DNA of 64,000 bases. Origin: Candidatus Hydrogenedentota bacterium (GTDB lineage Bacteria; Hydrogenedentota; Hydrogenedentia; Hydrogenedentales; SLHB01). The position numbers were made by a program, and so were the translations under genes. Below are positions 1-9,422 of the stretch, piece by piece; the first letter of the stretch is position 1; every line of letters begins with the position of its first letter. The notes beneath the pieces were generated by a model. That model saw nothing but the letters and a program-made list of their open reading frames with translations. It was not told where the DNA came from and made no database searches. Location: assembly GCA_029974275.1 (NCBI GenBank), contig JARKSN010000175.1, positions 1 to 64,000 on the forward strand. Reading direction: 5' to 3'.

Positions 1-2290
1 CGATGCAGCCCGACGGCGAGGCGCCGTTTCTTCGAAGCTGGATCACCCGCTCGCCGATCTGGTCGCGTTGGAGACCGCAGATTCCGATGGCGTAGCCCGG
101 CGCGGCGCACAGCACGACGCCTTCCTGCAGGGCTCTTGCGCCTTCAAGGACGATGGGGCAGATGCCTTGCGCGTCGGTTGTTAGCCGGGTTTCCTCAGGG
201 GCGCTGTCGTCCGTCGCCCATGTCCGCACAGTCAACGGCGCGCCGGCCACGGGGCGCCCCGCATCATCCCAGACGTGCAGGACGTACGGGCGAGTCGCCG
301 GGCGTGCGGTGGATAGCGTGACGGCTACGTCTTCGGCGGGCGCCTTGACCGCGACGCACGCGCCGACGTAGTCCGGAGCGTTCACGTCGAGGAACAGCGG
401 GCCTATGGCCACGTCGGGGAACGAGAACGCTCCGTCCGGTCCTGTCTTTGTCAGGCAGGCCTTTCCACTCTCGCGAAAAGCGGCGTAGGACGGGAGCAGG
501 CGGATATCTGCGTTCGGGATGGGGGCTCCACTCGAATTTTTCACCACGCCGCGCAATTCGCCGCCCAGCTTGGCCAACACGATCCGGAACGGTTCCGCCG
601 GCGTCGTCCACGGACTCGTGTAGGCGTACCTGGCCCTGTGCGCGATGTCGATGTCTTTGATCGAGACGTGGTAACGTCCCCCCGGGCACAGCTTGTCGAC
701 CGTGAATCGGCCGCGGTCATCCGTGTGGAAATCGTGGGTGAACATGGTTGACGCCATGCTGTTGGGCATCAGTTCAAGTCCGATCAGCGCGTTGGGAACG
801 GGCGCGCCGTCTATCGTCACGACTTCGCCCGAACAGGACATGCTGGGTCTGAGCGTCACTACGGCCCTGCGGCTCTTGCGCGCCACGACATGGCATGCGA
901 CGTGGCTCTGATCGGGCGCGGCGACATACAGGGTGACATCCCGGTCGGCAGGGAACGGGAAGAGTTCGAAACGTCCCGTCGCGTCCGATTCGACTACGGG
1001 CATGCGCTGGTACGTAAACACGCGCGCGCCCTTGACCGGCTTGCCCATCGCATCGAGGACCTTTCCGTGCAGTCTTTTGACGGGCAGCAGGTTGACCTTG
1101 AGCACGATCTCTCCCCGGTTTTGGGGATCGGGCATTTGCACGACGCGATCCTCGCCGCTGCCGTTGAGGGTTCCCGAAAGCAAGGCGCCGTACCCAGGGT
1201 CCGACAGATAGGCCTGCACATATTCGTCGGCGCGCGCGAAAAAGCGCCCCTTGGCGTCCGAGACGGTTTGCAGCAGATGAATGCCCGGCGCTGGACGGCC
1301 CGTCGCCCGGTCGATCGTTCTGCCAGGCGTGACGGGGATGGCTTTCAGCACGAGGTCTTGAACGGTTGTGTCGCCTGCCTGTGCGGTGACCGGGACAGCG
1401 TCTGATTCGAAGGGGGATCGGGGCGTGCTGATGAGGGCGCGGAGCCTTGGGATCCCCTTTTGCCCTGGCGTCGTAGCGGGGATGCCGTCGATCCGATAAT
1501 GTCCGTCAGCGTCCGTAAAGACGGGCAATCCATCACCTGAATAGCGGACTAGCGCGCGCGGGGCCGGGGAGCCGTCTTCAAAGGTTACGCGGCCTTCGAC
1601 CTGCCCGCCGGGAATCAGGACGCCCGAGTCGTTTTCCCGGATCCGCGCGGGGATATATCCGGGCTTTGTTGCGACGAACTCGCGGTGGTTGAGCGACAAG
1701 AGCGTTATCTGGCCGTTCGCGTCGGTCGCGCCGCTGCTTAGGCCGATGTCTTCCCACAGCGTGATCGCGTGCCGGTGATAGACGTCCAGTCCGCCGCCGC
1801 CGTTCACGCGCTCGTGATACATGAGCGATAGGAAGACGTGCGCGCCCTCGACGGGGTTGCCTTGGTCGTCGCGAACCGTCACGGTGCGCGGGCCAGGTCC
1901 CGGCAAAGCAACCGTCACGCCGGTAAGGGGGTCTCCCGGCAGCACGGCGCGGAAATCCGGCCCGTGACCCTCGGCGCGCGCAAACACCACGTATTTCTCG
2001 ACGTCGCCAGGCGAGGCTTCGCCGTCCCAGACAATGGCCTTGCGGAAATGAAACCGCCCTTTTGCATCGGCCTTCTGCACCACGACGGGCCGGTTGGAGG
2101 GGGTGAACATCTTGGCGCGGTATAGAAAGACCTCGGCGTGCGGGATGGCGGCGCCGCGGTGATCGACGACGCGTCCTTTGATGTCGTCGGCCTGTTCGGA
2201 GGCGGCTCCCGTGATAGGGACGGTAAGCGCGAGCGACAGCAACAAAGCCGCAACTGCCCGCACGTCAACCGCGCGCTTCGGCATATGCAT
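1..2290 (-). CDS. Secreted protein with repeated carboxypeptidase-regulatory-like (prealbumin-fold) domains; runs off the left edge
   Basis: Not in the ORF track because it is open at the edge. The 5' end, translated by hand, reads MHMPKRAVDVRAVAALLLSLALTVPITGAAS (signal peptide), then IKGRVVDHRGAAIPHAEV...ADAKGRFHF. Similar 'G.V.D..G.P......TD..GRF' units recur downstream. GAGGAGG RBS upstream. Frame not checked codon by codon to the edge. Confidence 0.75.
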   Translation of the reverse strand, partial: MHMPKRAVDVRAVAALLLSLALTVPITGAASEQADDIKGRVVDHRGAAIPHAEVFLYRAKMFTPSNRPVVVQKADAKGRFHFRKAIVWDGEASPGDVEKYVVFARAEGHGPDFRAVLPGDPLTGVTVALPGPGPRTVTVRDDQGNPVEGAHVFLSLMYHERVNGGGGLDVYHRHAITLWEDIGLSSGATDANGQITLLSLNHREFVATKPGYIPARIRENDSGVLIPGGQVEGRVTFEDGSPAPRALVRYSGDGLPVFTDADGHYRIDGIPATTPGQKGIPRLRALISTPRSPFESDAVPVTAQAGDTTVQDLVLKAIPVTPGRTIDRATGRPAPGIHLLQTVSDAKGRFFARADEYVQAYLSDPGYGALLSGTLNGSGEDRVVQMPDPQNRGEIVLKVNLLPVKRLHGKVLDAMGKPVKGARVFTYQRMPVVESDATGRFELFPFPADRDVTLYVAAPDQSHVACHVVARKSRRAVVTLRPSMSCSGEVVTIDGAPVPNALIGLELMPNSMASTMFTHDFHTDDRGRFTVDKLCPGGRYHVSIKDIDIAHRARYAYTSPWTTPAEPFRIVLAKLGGELRGVVKNSSGAPIPNADIRLLPSYAAFRESGKACLTKTGPDGAFSFPDVAIGPLFLDVNAPDYVGACVAVKAPAEDVAVTLSTARPATRPYVLHVWDDAGRPVAGAPLTVRTWATDDSAPEETRLTTDAQGICPIVLEGARALQEGVVLCAAPGYAIGICGLQRDQIGERVIQLRRNGASPSGCI

Positions 2291-2393
2291 GGACATCCCT
2301 CCTCTCTATGGTTGTTGCACTATACAATGCTCCCCTTCATGACAGGGTTGCCTGTTTCGATGCGGGAACGCCGCGGGCATGCCGATCGCTGCG

Positions 2394-2807
2394 TCAGATG
2401 TGGTACATCCGGGTTTTCGTGGCGCGGTCGAGGATATTGCGGACCGTCACTTCGCTGAGCAGCTTCTCGATCCGCGCGGCGGTTTCGCGCCAGGTAGGCT
2501 CCAGGTCGATGCCGGCGGCATCTTCCACGGGCAGAGGGTCGAGGATTGGCCCGTCGATCGCGCGAATGATGTGAAACAGCGAGATATCATCGGGCGATTT
2601 CGCCAACAGATAGCCTCCCTGTGCGCCGCGCACGCTGCGCACAAGCCCCGCGCGTTTCAACTGCAAGAGGATATGGACGAGGTACTTTTCCGGAATGCGC
2701 CTGCGCTCGGCGATGTACATTGCCGTGACGGGCGTGTCGCTGTTTTCGTGGCGCGCCAGTTCGATGATGGCGCGGCACGCATACTCGCAACGGCTGGAAA
2801 CGTTCAT
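2394..2807 (-). CDS. Rrf2-family transcriptional regulator (CymR-like, no Fe-S Cys triad)
   Basis: MNVSSRCEYACRAIIELA...IPEKYLVHILLQLKRAGLVRSVRGAQGGYLLAKSPDDI is the Rrf2 signature; start trimmed to the family N-terminus. Confidence 0.92.
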   Translation of the reverse strand: MNVSSRCEYACRAIIELARHENSDTPVTAMYIAERRRIPEKYLVHILLQLKRAGLVRSVRGAQGGYLLAKSPDDISLFHIIRAIDGPILDPLPVEDAAGIDLEPTWRETAARIEKLLSEVTVRNILDRATKTRMYHI

Positions 2808-2929
2808 GCGGAACCCGCTTTCCGGCGTGCGGAGGCAGGTTTCCGCGCTCCGCGCCCATGCCGTTCCCCTGTCAGCATACCTGTTTTCTCCGTTTGCGTC
2901 GCGGCACTCAAAATTTCGTCGTTCCATCA

Positions 2930-2956
2930 ACTATATCGAGAGAACAAGTCGATTTC
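2930..2956 (-). promoter_or_regulatory. Putative Rrf2 operator (imperfect palindrome) overlapping a TATAGT -10 box
   Basis: Minus strand GAAATCGACTTGTTCTCTCGATATAGT has ATCGA/TCGAT arms and resembles the IscR type-1 box. Confidence 0.45.
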
Positions 2957-3182
2957 CCGCCCTCTTCATTCTCCATAAAACAAACATCCGATGCAAGGCA
3001 TGCTGATCCAGGAGACTTGCCTCTACGAGAGAATACGGTTGTTCTGGATTGCGAACGCTGACGGAAAGGCCGACTGTGGATCTGTTCTCGTGGACGTTTT
3101 CATGACCCGTATTTTTCCTGGAAGGCGGCCTGGATGTGCGGCGAAAAAGGATTTTTCCGAACGCCTGGTCTTGGTCGCGGTC

Positions 3183-3211
3183 TTGACGAGCGGGACGAGG
3201 GAAGCTAGGAT
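3183..3211 (+). promoter_or_regulatory. Sigma70-type promoter for the GT2 gene
   Basis: TTGACG-17 nt-TAGGAT. Confidence 0.55.
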
Positions 3212-3271
3212 AGGACAGGGCAAGGGGGGCGATGGCGCGTACGCTGCCCTCGTGTTGATGGAGGCGCAGAC

Positions 3272-4189
3272 ATGAACCAAGTGGATGTCACGGTGATAGT
3301 GGCTCCGCGCAGCCTGGATGCCCCGCTCCGGATGGCGCTGGCCCATCTTGAGCATCAAACCTTTCCGTCCGGACGTTTTGAGGTGCTCGTGGTCGACGCC
3401 ATTCCGGATGCGCATCTCGCCAAAACCATCGAGTCTTTCGCCGCAGGGTCGCCTGTGCGCGTGCGGGCGCTGGAAGCCCAAGGGGTTCCGCCGCCCGCCG
3501 CCTTCAATCGGGCCGTCGAGGCGGCGCAGGGCAGGTGGCTTTTGTTTTTGGACGAGACGCTTCTTGCGGGGCCGGAGTGCGTCGCGGAGCATGTGTGCGC
3601 GCAAGAGCGGAATGGGGCGTTGTGCGCGATCCTTGGGCCGATCCGTCTTCACTCCCAAGCAGATGACAGCGCCTTTGTCAAGCGTTCGTGGTGGTATCCC
3701 GCGTTGGCGCCGTCCGCGGCTGTTCCGGTTTCGTTTCTTGATTGGCGCTTGTTTAACCTGAGTTTGCCGCGGCGGGCCGTCTTGGATGCGGGCGGGTTCG
3801 ACGAGGAGTACGGCGCTTCGGGCATGTGGGACATCGATCTGGCATGGCGTTTGTCGCAACGCGGCGTTACGGGCCTGTTCATGCCCACGGCGACGGCGTT
3901 TGCCTGGAAGCCTGTTTCGCTGGAGCAGGAATGCCGTCGTCACTATGCCGACGGATGCGGGCTGCGCCGCCTGCAACACAAAACGGCCAGCCCCGAATTG
4001 ACCGCCCGGTACGGCCCGGTGCTGTCGTCGTGGCGGAAGCTGTCGGATGCCTGGCAGGCCCCCGTGGCGCGGCGTTTGTGTCCGCTTCTCGCGAGCGATA
4101 CGCGGCTGTTTGACGTCATGTGCCGCGGATTGTTTCGGCATGCGCTTCGGCAAGGCTATCGCGCCGCTTCGTTTGGATCAGGCCGCTGA
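3272..4189 (+). CDS. Glycosyltransferase family 2-like protein with degenerate motifs
   Basis: GT-A layout (FEVLVVD, AFNRAVEAAQGRWLLFLD, NLSLPR...GGFDE, DIDLAWRL), but DxD reads DET. Confidence 0.8.
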   Translation: MNQVDVTVIVAPRSLDAPLRMALAHLEHQTFPSGRFEVLVVDAIPDAHLAKTIESFAAGSPVRVRALEAQGVPPPAAFNRAVEAAQGRWLLFLDETLLAGPECVAEHVCAQERNGALCAILGPIRLHSQADDSAFVKRSWWYPALAPSAAVPVSFLDWRLFNLSLPRRAVLDAGGFDEEYGASGMWDIDLAWRLSQRGVTGLFMPTATAFAWKPVSLEQECRRHYADGCGLRRLQHKTASPELTARYGPVLSSWRKLSDAWQAPVARRLCPLLASDTRLFDVMCRGLFRHALRQGYRAASFGSGR

Positions 4190-4251
4190 TGTATACTAAG
4201 CGGGTATGTGCGCATGTTGAAAAGAAGGGTTGATCCTCACGGAGGCGTTTC

Positions 4252-6675
4252 ATGAAGAAGAGGTGTGTCGTGTGGAGGCGTTTATTGTTGCCTGTGCTGG
4301 CCGCTGCGGTTGCGGCGACGCCGTCCTTTTCGTTTGCCGCGGAAAAAGCGGCGTCAAAGCCCAAGGCGTCCGTTCCCGCCAAGGCCAAAAGCAAGAGCGC
4401 TCCCAAGGCCAAAACCTCCCCGGCGGCGGAGAAAGGCCCCGGCAAGCTTCCGTGGGGGTTGCGGGATCATTTTGATATCAAGGTGAATAACACCACGTTG
4501 GTGTATGGCGTGGACAATGCCGAGTGGAATATCGAGGTGGAGGGGCTTGGGACGGCGGTGGATGACGCCCGCGTGAAAGTGACGTTGACCAACGGCACGA
4601 CGATCGAGTCGTCCGGTTTCGAGAACGGCGATGCGAGTCGCAAGGCGTTCACGGGGGACTTTGGCGACGGCATGGCGTATACGGTTGCCCTTCCCGCCAA
4701 GAATGGCGTGGGGTTGCGCCATACCATCGCGAATTACAAGCAGCGTCCGTTTTATATGGTTCGCCTCGAAGTCACGAACACAAGCGCCTCGCCTATCGAG
4801 ATCGCGTCGATCAGTCCGGTCGTGTTTGCGGGCGGCGGCATCCGCTTTTTCGACTCGCCGGAGTCGAGTTGCAGCTTCCGTCACTTCGAACAGCGCGGGT
4901 CCTCGCCCGTTTTCGACCCGAAGGCCCCGGTCGCGTTGGCGTTGTTCCACAATCGCAGCCGTGATTTTTCGCTGGCCATTGGCACGTTGCCCGGTGCGGC
5001 GCGCGCCGATGTGAAGCTTGCCAAGAAAGACGGCGCGTACTACGGCGAAGTCGTCTGCGCTTTCGATCCGCCCGTGACGCTTGCTCCCGGCGCGACTATC
5101 GCCGCGAATCCGGTGTGGCTGTCGTTTGCAGAGCCCAAGCCCGCCAAAATCGATTTGTTTTATTCGTGGGCGCAGAGCGCCCTTCCGAAAACGACGTCGT
5201 CTTCGGAGGCGTGTCCGGAGAAATGGGTTACGGTGCGTGACGATCAAACGCTCGACGATCTGAGCAAGGCGCTTCGTCAGTGGAACGGGGCCGGCGTTAC
5301 GTCCGCCCTGATACCGGCTTCGTGGCAGGCCAGCCCCGGCGCGCTCGAAGGCGATGGCTCGCGCTACCCCAAGAATATGGCGAGCGCGGTGAAGCGCTTG
5401 GGCAGTTCGGCCAGGGCATCCGACGAGACCGTTGCGCCCGCGCCCAAACAGCCGAAGAAGTCATTCAACGCGCCCAAATGGCTTAGTGCGATCGGTCTTG
5501 GAAAGACCGGCGAGACTGCGGCCCCTGTGCAGGCCGAACACGCCGCCGCCTCCGCGGAAACCGCCGCCGAGGAATACGCCCCGGCCAAGGCGGCCTTCGG
5601 GGCGACCGTCGCGATTGGCGTCACGGTTGACCCGTTGAAAGTGCAAGGCGGCTCCGATGCCTGGGCGGTCACGGGGTCTGACAACGTGCGATACGTGAAT
5701 CCGGCGGTTCCCGAGGGGAAAGCCTATGCCGTCGAGCGGATGCGGCAGTTGGCGCGGTGCGGGTTCCAATTTTTCGCGATACCGCCTTCGACCCTTCCCA
5801 AGGACGTGCTCCAGAAATTCAACTTGACCCGCGCCCAGGCCGATGCGCTCGCGTTTGCAATCCTCGGCGAAGCGGTCGCGGGAAAACCGGTGGTGCCGGC
5901 GTCGACGGCCACCTTGACGGGCGACGTGAATGCATGGCTCGATGTCTGCGCCGGGTCCAGCCGTTTCAAGGAATTCGAAATGGACGTGGCTCCCGTGCGG
6001 ATGGATGTGAGCGGCATCGACAAAGTGGGCGAAGACCTCATGACCGCGATGATGTTTTGCGGCGCTCCGATCGAATTTGTCGGCGCGCCGTCCGCGGGCG
6101 TGCGCGAAGCCGTCGCGCGCACCTTCCCCAAGCCGCAGGTATGGGCGCGCGCACTCGATGCCGCTTCGCCTGCGCCCAAGCTTTGGATGGTCCAGCCGAA
6201 GTGCACGGACGAAGATGCGTATGGCGCGGCCATCGTGATGTTTGCCGGCGCTTCGGCGTGGGATGCCGCCTGGTACGGTTTTGAGACCGACAGGCCGGTC
6301 CGGTTGTGGCGCGCGGACAATGGAAACGTTGCGGAGGTGAAAGGGGCTGTTCCTGCGGCGCAAACGCTTACCGTGCTCGGCGTCACGCAGACGCTGCCGC
6401 GTCCGGTTCTTCTCGCGGTGACGCCGGGACCGGGCTTCTCCTTGCATGAGATTGACCGCGCAAAATGGGATGAGGCCGGCGGCGTGTTGTCGGGCAGTCT
6501 GCGCGGCAATGGCAAATACAGCGCCGCGTACATCGTTGTGCCCGATGCGTGGAAGCTCGAATCGGGCAAAATCGGCGACAGATCGCTGGGCGTTAAGGAC
6601 GGTTCGAACCTTATTGCCCTGAACATCGATCGCGGCAAGTCGACGGCCTTCAGCGCCAAGTTCGTCCGCCGATAG
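4252..6675 (+). CDS. Secreted protein with a GH36 alpha-galactosidase-like architecture, probably non-catalytic
   Basis: Signal peptide, Lys/Ala-rich linker, beta-rich N-domain, barrel-like segment (LIPASWQ..PG.LEGD.SRYPKNM; YVNPAVPEGKAY; GFQFFAI) and a C-terminal 'RPVLLA...WD...LSG' module. Confidence 0.55.
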   Translation: MKKRCVVWRRLLLPVLAAAVAATPSFSFAAEKAASKPKASVPAKAKSKSAPKAKTSPAAEKGPGKLPWGLRDHFDIKVNNTTLVYGVDNAEWNIEVEGLGTAVDDARVKVTLTNGTTIESSGFENGDASRKAFTGDFGDGMAYTVALPAKNGVGLRHTIANYKQRPFYMVRLEVTNTSASPIEIASISPVVFAGGGIRFFDSPESSCSFRHFEQRGSSPVFDPKAPVALALFHNRSRDFSLAIGTLPGAARADVKLAKKDGAYYGEVVCAFDPPVTLAPGATIAANPVWLSFAEPKPAKIDLFYSWAQSALPKTTSSSEACPEKWVTVRDDQTLDDLSKALRQWNGAGVTSALIPASWQASPGALEGDGSRYPKNMASAVKRLGSSARASDETVAPAPKQPKKSFNAPKWLSAIGLGKTGETAAPVQAEHAAASAETAAEEYAPAKAAFGATVAIGVTVDPLKVQGGSDAWAVTGSDNVRYVNPAVPEGKAYAVERMRQLARCGFQFFAIPPSTLPKDVLQKFNLTRAQADALAFAILGEAVAGKPVVPASTATLTGDVNAWLDVCAGSSRFKEFEMDVAPVRMDVSGIDKVGEDLMTAMMFCGAPIEFVGAPSAGVREAVARTFPKPQVWARALDAASPAPKLWMVQPKCTDEDAYGAAIVMFAGASAWDAAWYGFETDRPVRLWRADNGNVAEVKGAVPAAQTLTVLGVTQTLPRPVLLAVTPGPGFSLHEIDRAKWDEAGGVLSGSLRGNGKYSAAYIVVPDAWKLESGKIGDRSLGVKDGSNLIALNIDRGKSTAFSAKFVRR

Positions 6676-6735
6676 TCCGCTCCAAAAGCCCGCGCGAAGG
6701 GATCGGCGTGGCTTCTTTGGCGAGAGACTTCTTTT

Positions 6736-7857
6736 TTAGGCCGTTTGTTTGTTGACGGCGCTTGCGTCGCGGGCAGGGGGGCGTGCGGCGTAGGGGAAGT
6801 GGCGTTTGAGATTGTTGATGGGCGCTTCCATGAAATGCCACGACAGCGACGTCAGCGCCAGCGTGAAGGCCATGAGGACGGCGAAAACTCCGATCGCGGA
6901 GCCGGGATAGGGGATCCCGCACCACGCGAAGGCCTTGGGAAGGGCGTGTTGCACCGGCTGATGCACGAGGTAAACGCCATAGCTGATTTTGCCCAGGTAG
7001 GCGAGCGGCGGAAACGAGAGCGTCGCGCCAAAGGGATCGCGTCGTCCGTCGGCGGCGCGATTGACTATCCATGTGAACAACAACGCAAACGCGAGATGCG
7101 AGTAGGTCAACGGAAACCGCTGGCGCACTTCCGGCACGGCCCAGACGAGGATGGTCGCCAGCCACACCGGCAATCCGACGATCAGCCCGGCTCGCGTCAC
7201 CAGGCGCAGCCCTCGCTCCCAGGCTCCCGTATGACGCGACCAAGCCAGAAGTCCGCCTAACGCCAACGAGTCCGTGCAGCCGATAAGCAGCCAGTTTTTC
7301 GCGGGGCTGTTCCAGTGCAACAGACCGGCCATGAAACGATACGCCGGGGCCGTCATGATCAGCGCCACAAGCAGATAGGGCAGACAGCGCCGGGGCGCGA
7401 AAATGACCACCCAAGGCCACAGCAGATAGAACTGCTCTTCGACGGCGAGCGACCAGAAATGATTCAACACGGCTTCGTTCGGATTGATGATCGCGCAGTA
7501 AAAGTTCGTCGTGTAGCTGGCGTGCCAGAGGAAGGCGGTGCGCGCCGTTCCGATGCCGAAGACCACGCACACACATAACGTCGCGTAATAGGCCGGAAAA
7601 ATGCGTAGGAAACGCCGGACGTAAAATTGCCGCAGGGCGAAGGACTTGTTGCCGCCCAGGCGATCCGCGCCGTCGCGTCCGCGCAACAGAATGCCGGTGA
7701 TCAAAAAACCGCTGAGCACGAAGAACAACTGCACGCCCATCACGCCGAATTCGCCGTAGCGCGTGACGGGCGTGTAGTGCGCCAGCAGGACCGCCGCAAT
7801 CGCCACTCCGCGCACCCCGTCGAGTTGGGGCATGTAGCCGCCGGTCTCGGCATGCAT
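6736..7857 (-). CDS. Acyltransferase family 3 (OafA/YrhL-like O-acyltransferase)
   Basis: LDGVRGVA, GVQLFFVLSGFLIT, FYVRRFLRIFPAYY, HFWSLAVEEQFY, LGKISYGVYLVH. Confidence 0.95.
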   Translation of the reverse strand: MHAETGGYMPQLDGVRGVAIAAVLLAHYTPVTRYGEFGVMGVQLFFVLSGFLITGILLRGRDGADRLGGNKSFALRQFYVRRFLRIFPAYYATLCVCVVFGIGTARTAFLWHASYTTNFYCAIINPNEAVLNHFWSLAVEEQFYLLWPWVVIFAPRRCLPYLLVALIMTAPAYRFMAGLLHWNSPAKNWLLIGCTDSLALGGLLAWSRHTGAWERGLRLVTRAGLIVGLPVWLATILVWAVPEVRQRFPLTYSHLAFALLFTWIVNRAADGRRDPFGATLSFPPLAYLGKISYGVYLVHQPVQHALPKAFAWCGIPYPGSAIGVFAVLMAFTLALTSLSWHFMEAPINNLKRHFPYAARPPARDASAVNKQTA

Positions 7858-7918
7858 TTCCCGGTTCAGTGCGTATCCTCCCCTGTTTCCCGAACGCGGC
7901 GCGGAGGGCGCGAACGGG

Positions 7919-9166
7919 TCAGGCGATCGGCTGCTCTTCCTCCAGCAGCGCTTCGATCGCCTCGGAAGCCTCCCGCGAAAGGGAGACCATGCGATCGAGG
8001 ACGCGGGCCGCGCGCACGGGCTCGGTCTCGATCAGTTGTCGAAGGAGTTGCAGGATCAATCGTTTGGCGCGCGAACCGGTCTCCGCGAAATCCGGAAGCC
8101 GGCTCAATTGGACGGCGTAGATGTCGAAGATGCGTCGAACCGCTTCCTCGTCCCGGTTCGCGGGCTCGCCTTCGTAGGGATAAATGCCGCTATCGCGCCA
8201 TTGCGTCAACGCGTCGCGGTTCCGCTCGGCCTCGCGCAAGGAAAAATGCTGCCGCAACGCGACCCGGGCGGCGTCCAGCAATTGTCCGACATCCGGAGAC
8301 AGATCATGCACGGGCAACAGCCCCTCGCGTTCCAGCGCGGCGACATGATCCGATTTCAGATAGGCGGTGTAGCTGAATCCTCGGAAATAGGGACGCAGCG
8401 AAGACGCATGCAGCGCGAAACCGGCGGCGTCACACAACAAAACCCCACGTTTTCCCGGAAGATTCCACTCGACGACAGTCAGGGCGGCGTGAACGCGTTG
8501 CCCGTCTTGCGTGACGAGTTCGCCGAGTTCGTATTCCGCGGAATGGTCTTCGGCGCTGCGCGGATCGAGCGGCACGCCGTCGTAAACGATGCGGGTGTCC
8601 GGATACTGACGCAGGTATAACGCGAAGATATCCGTGGCCTCTTGCAAGGCCTTCACCCCGCGCAAGAGTTCGGCGGCGGCGGGAAGGTCGGCGATTTCGA
8701 CGGTCATCCCCACGGGTGCGCTGGGCGTCGGTTCCGGATCGGACAGATCAAACTCGCCTGGGGTCGCGCCGTGTCCGACGATGGAATACGCGTACGTGAT
8801 GCCGCTCAACTCGAAAACGCTGCGCCATTCGACCCGGTTGCCAAGCGTAAACGCGCGGAAACGGCCCTTGCCGTATTTGCCGTGCATTTCGCGTTTCCGG
8901 CGTGCGGTCGGCGCGCCTTCGCGCTTCCAGGAACCGCCAAGATTGCGGAACACCACCAGCGCGTGATCATAGAGCAACCCGTGGCCGTTATCCCGCACGC
9001 GCAAGCATTCAATCCCGCCAAGATCGTTCTCGACGAATTCGACCCGAACCTCGGTCGCCTCGGCATCCAAGGCGTTCCAAACCAACTCCGCCACGGCCGT
9101 CATGGGCTTGGCCCGGGAAAGCAACTCGATATGGTCGCTCTTCACCTGCACCGAAATTTTCTTCAC
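7919..9166 (-). CDS. GHKL (Hsp90/MutL/MORC-type) ATP-binding protein
   Basis: ELVWNALDAEA, VRDNGHG, HGKYGKGRF; GTG start at 9166 after AAAGGA. Confidence 0.85.
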   Translation of the reverse strand: MKKISVQVKSDHIELLSRAKPMTAVAELVWNALDAEATEVRVEFVENDLGGIECLRVRDNGHGLLYDHALVVFRNLGGSWKREGAPTARRKREMHGKYGKGRFRAFTLGNRVEWRSVFELSGITYAYSIVGHGATPGEFDLSDPEPTPSAPVGMTVEIADLPAAAELLRGVKALQEATDIFALYLRQYPDTRIVYDGVPLDPRSAEDHSAEYELGELVTQDGQRVHAALTVVEWNLPGKRGVLLCDAAGFALHASSLRPYFRGFSYTAYLKSDHVAALEREGLLPVHDLSPDVGQLLDAARVALRQHFSLREAERNRDALTQWRDSGIYPYEGEPANRDEEAVRRIFDIYAVQLSRLPDFAETGSRAKRLILQLLRQLIETEPVRAARVLDRMVSLSREASEAIEALLEEEQPIA

Positions 9167-9422
9167 GCCGGCAGTCCTTTCCGCTGTCGCCCCCAACCGA
9201 TCATCAAGGCGAACCGTGTCTGTAAAAGAAGGAAAGTGTAGCACCCGAGCCGTTCCTCGCTCAAGGGAAGAGCGATGGCAGCATTCTGATTGCAGCGGCA
9301 AAACCCGCGCGAGACGGGGCCGCCTGTGGATTTGTCGCCGGGCGTTGTGAGATGCTTAGCCGTGCTTTCGGGAAGGAACCCCGGGCTCCTGACGCCACGG
9401 GAGGGACGGAGGATATGGCTTC

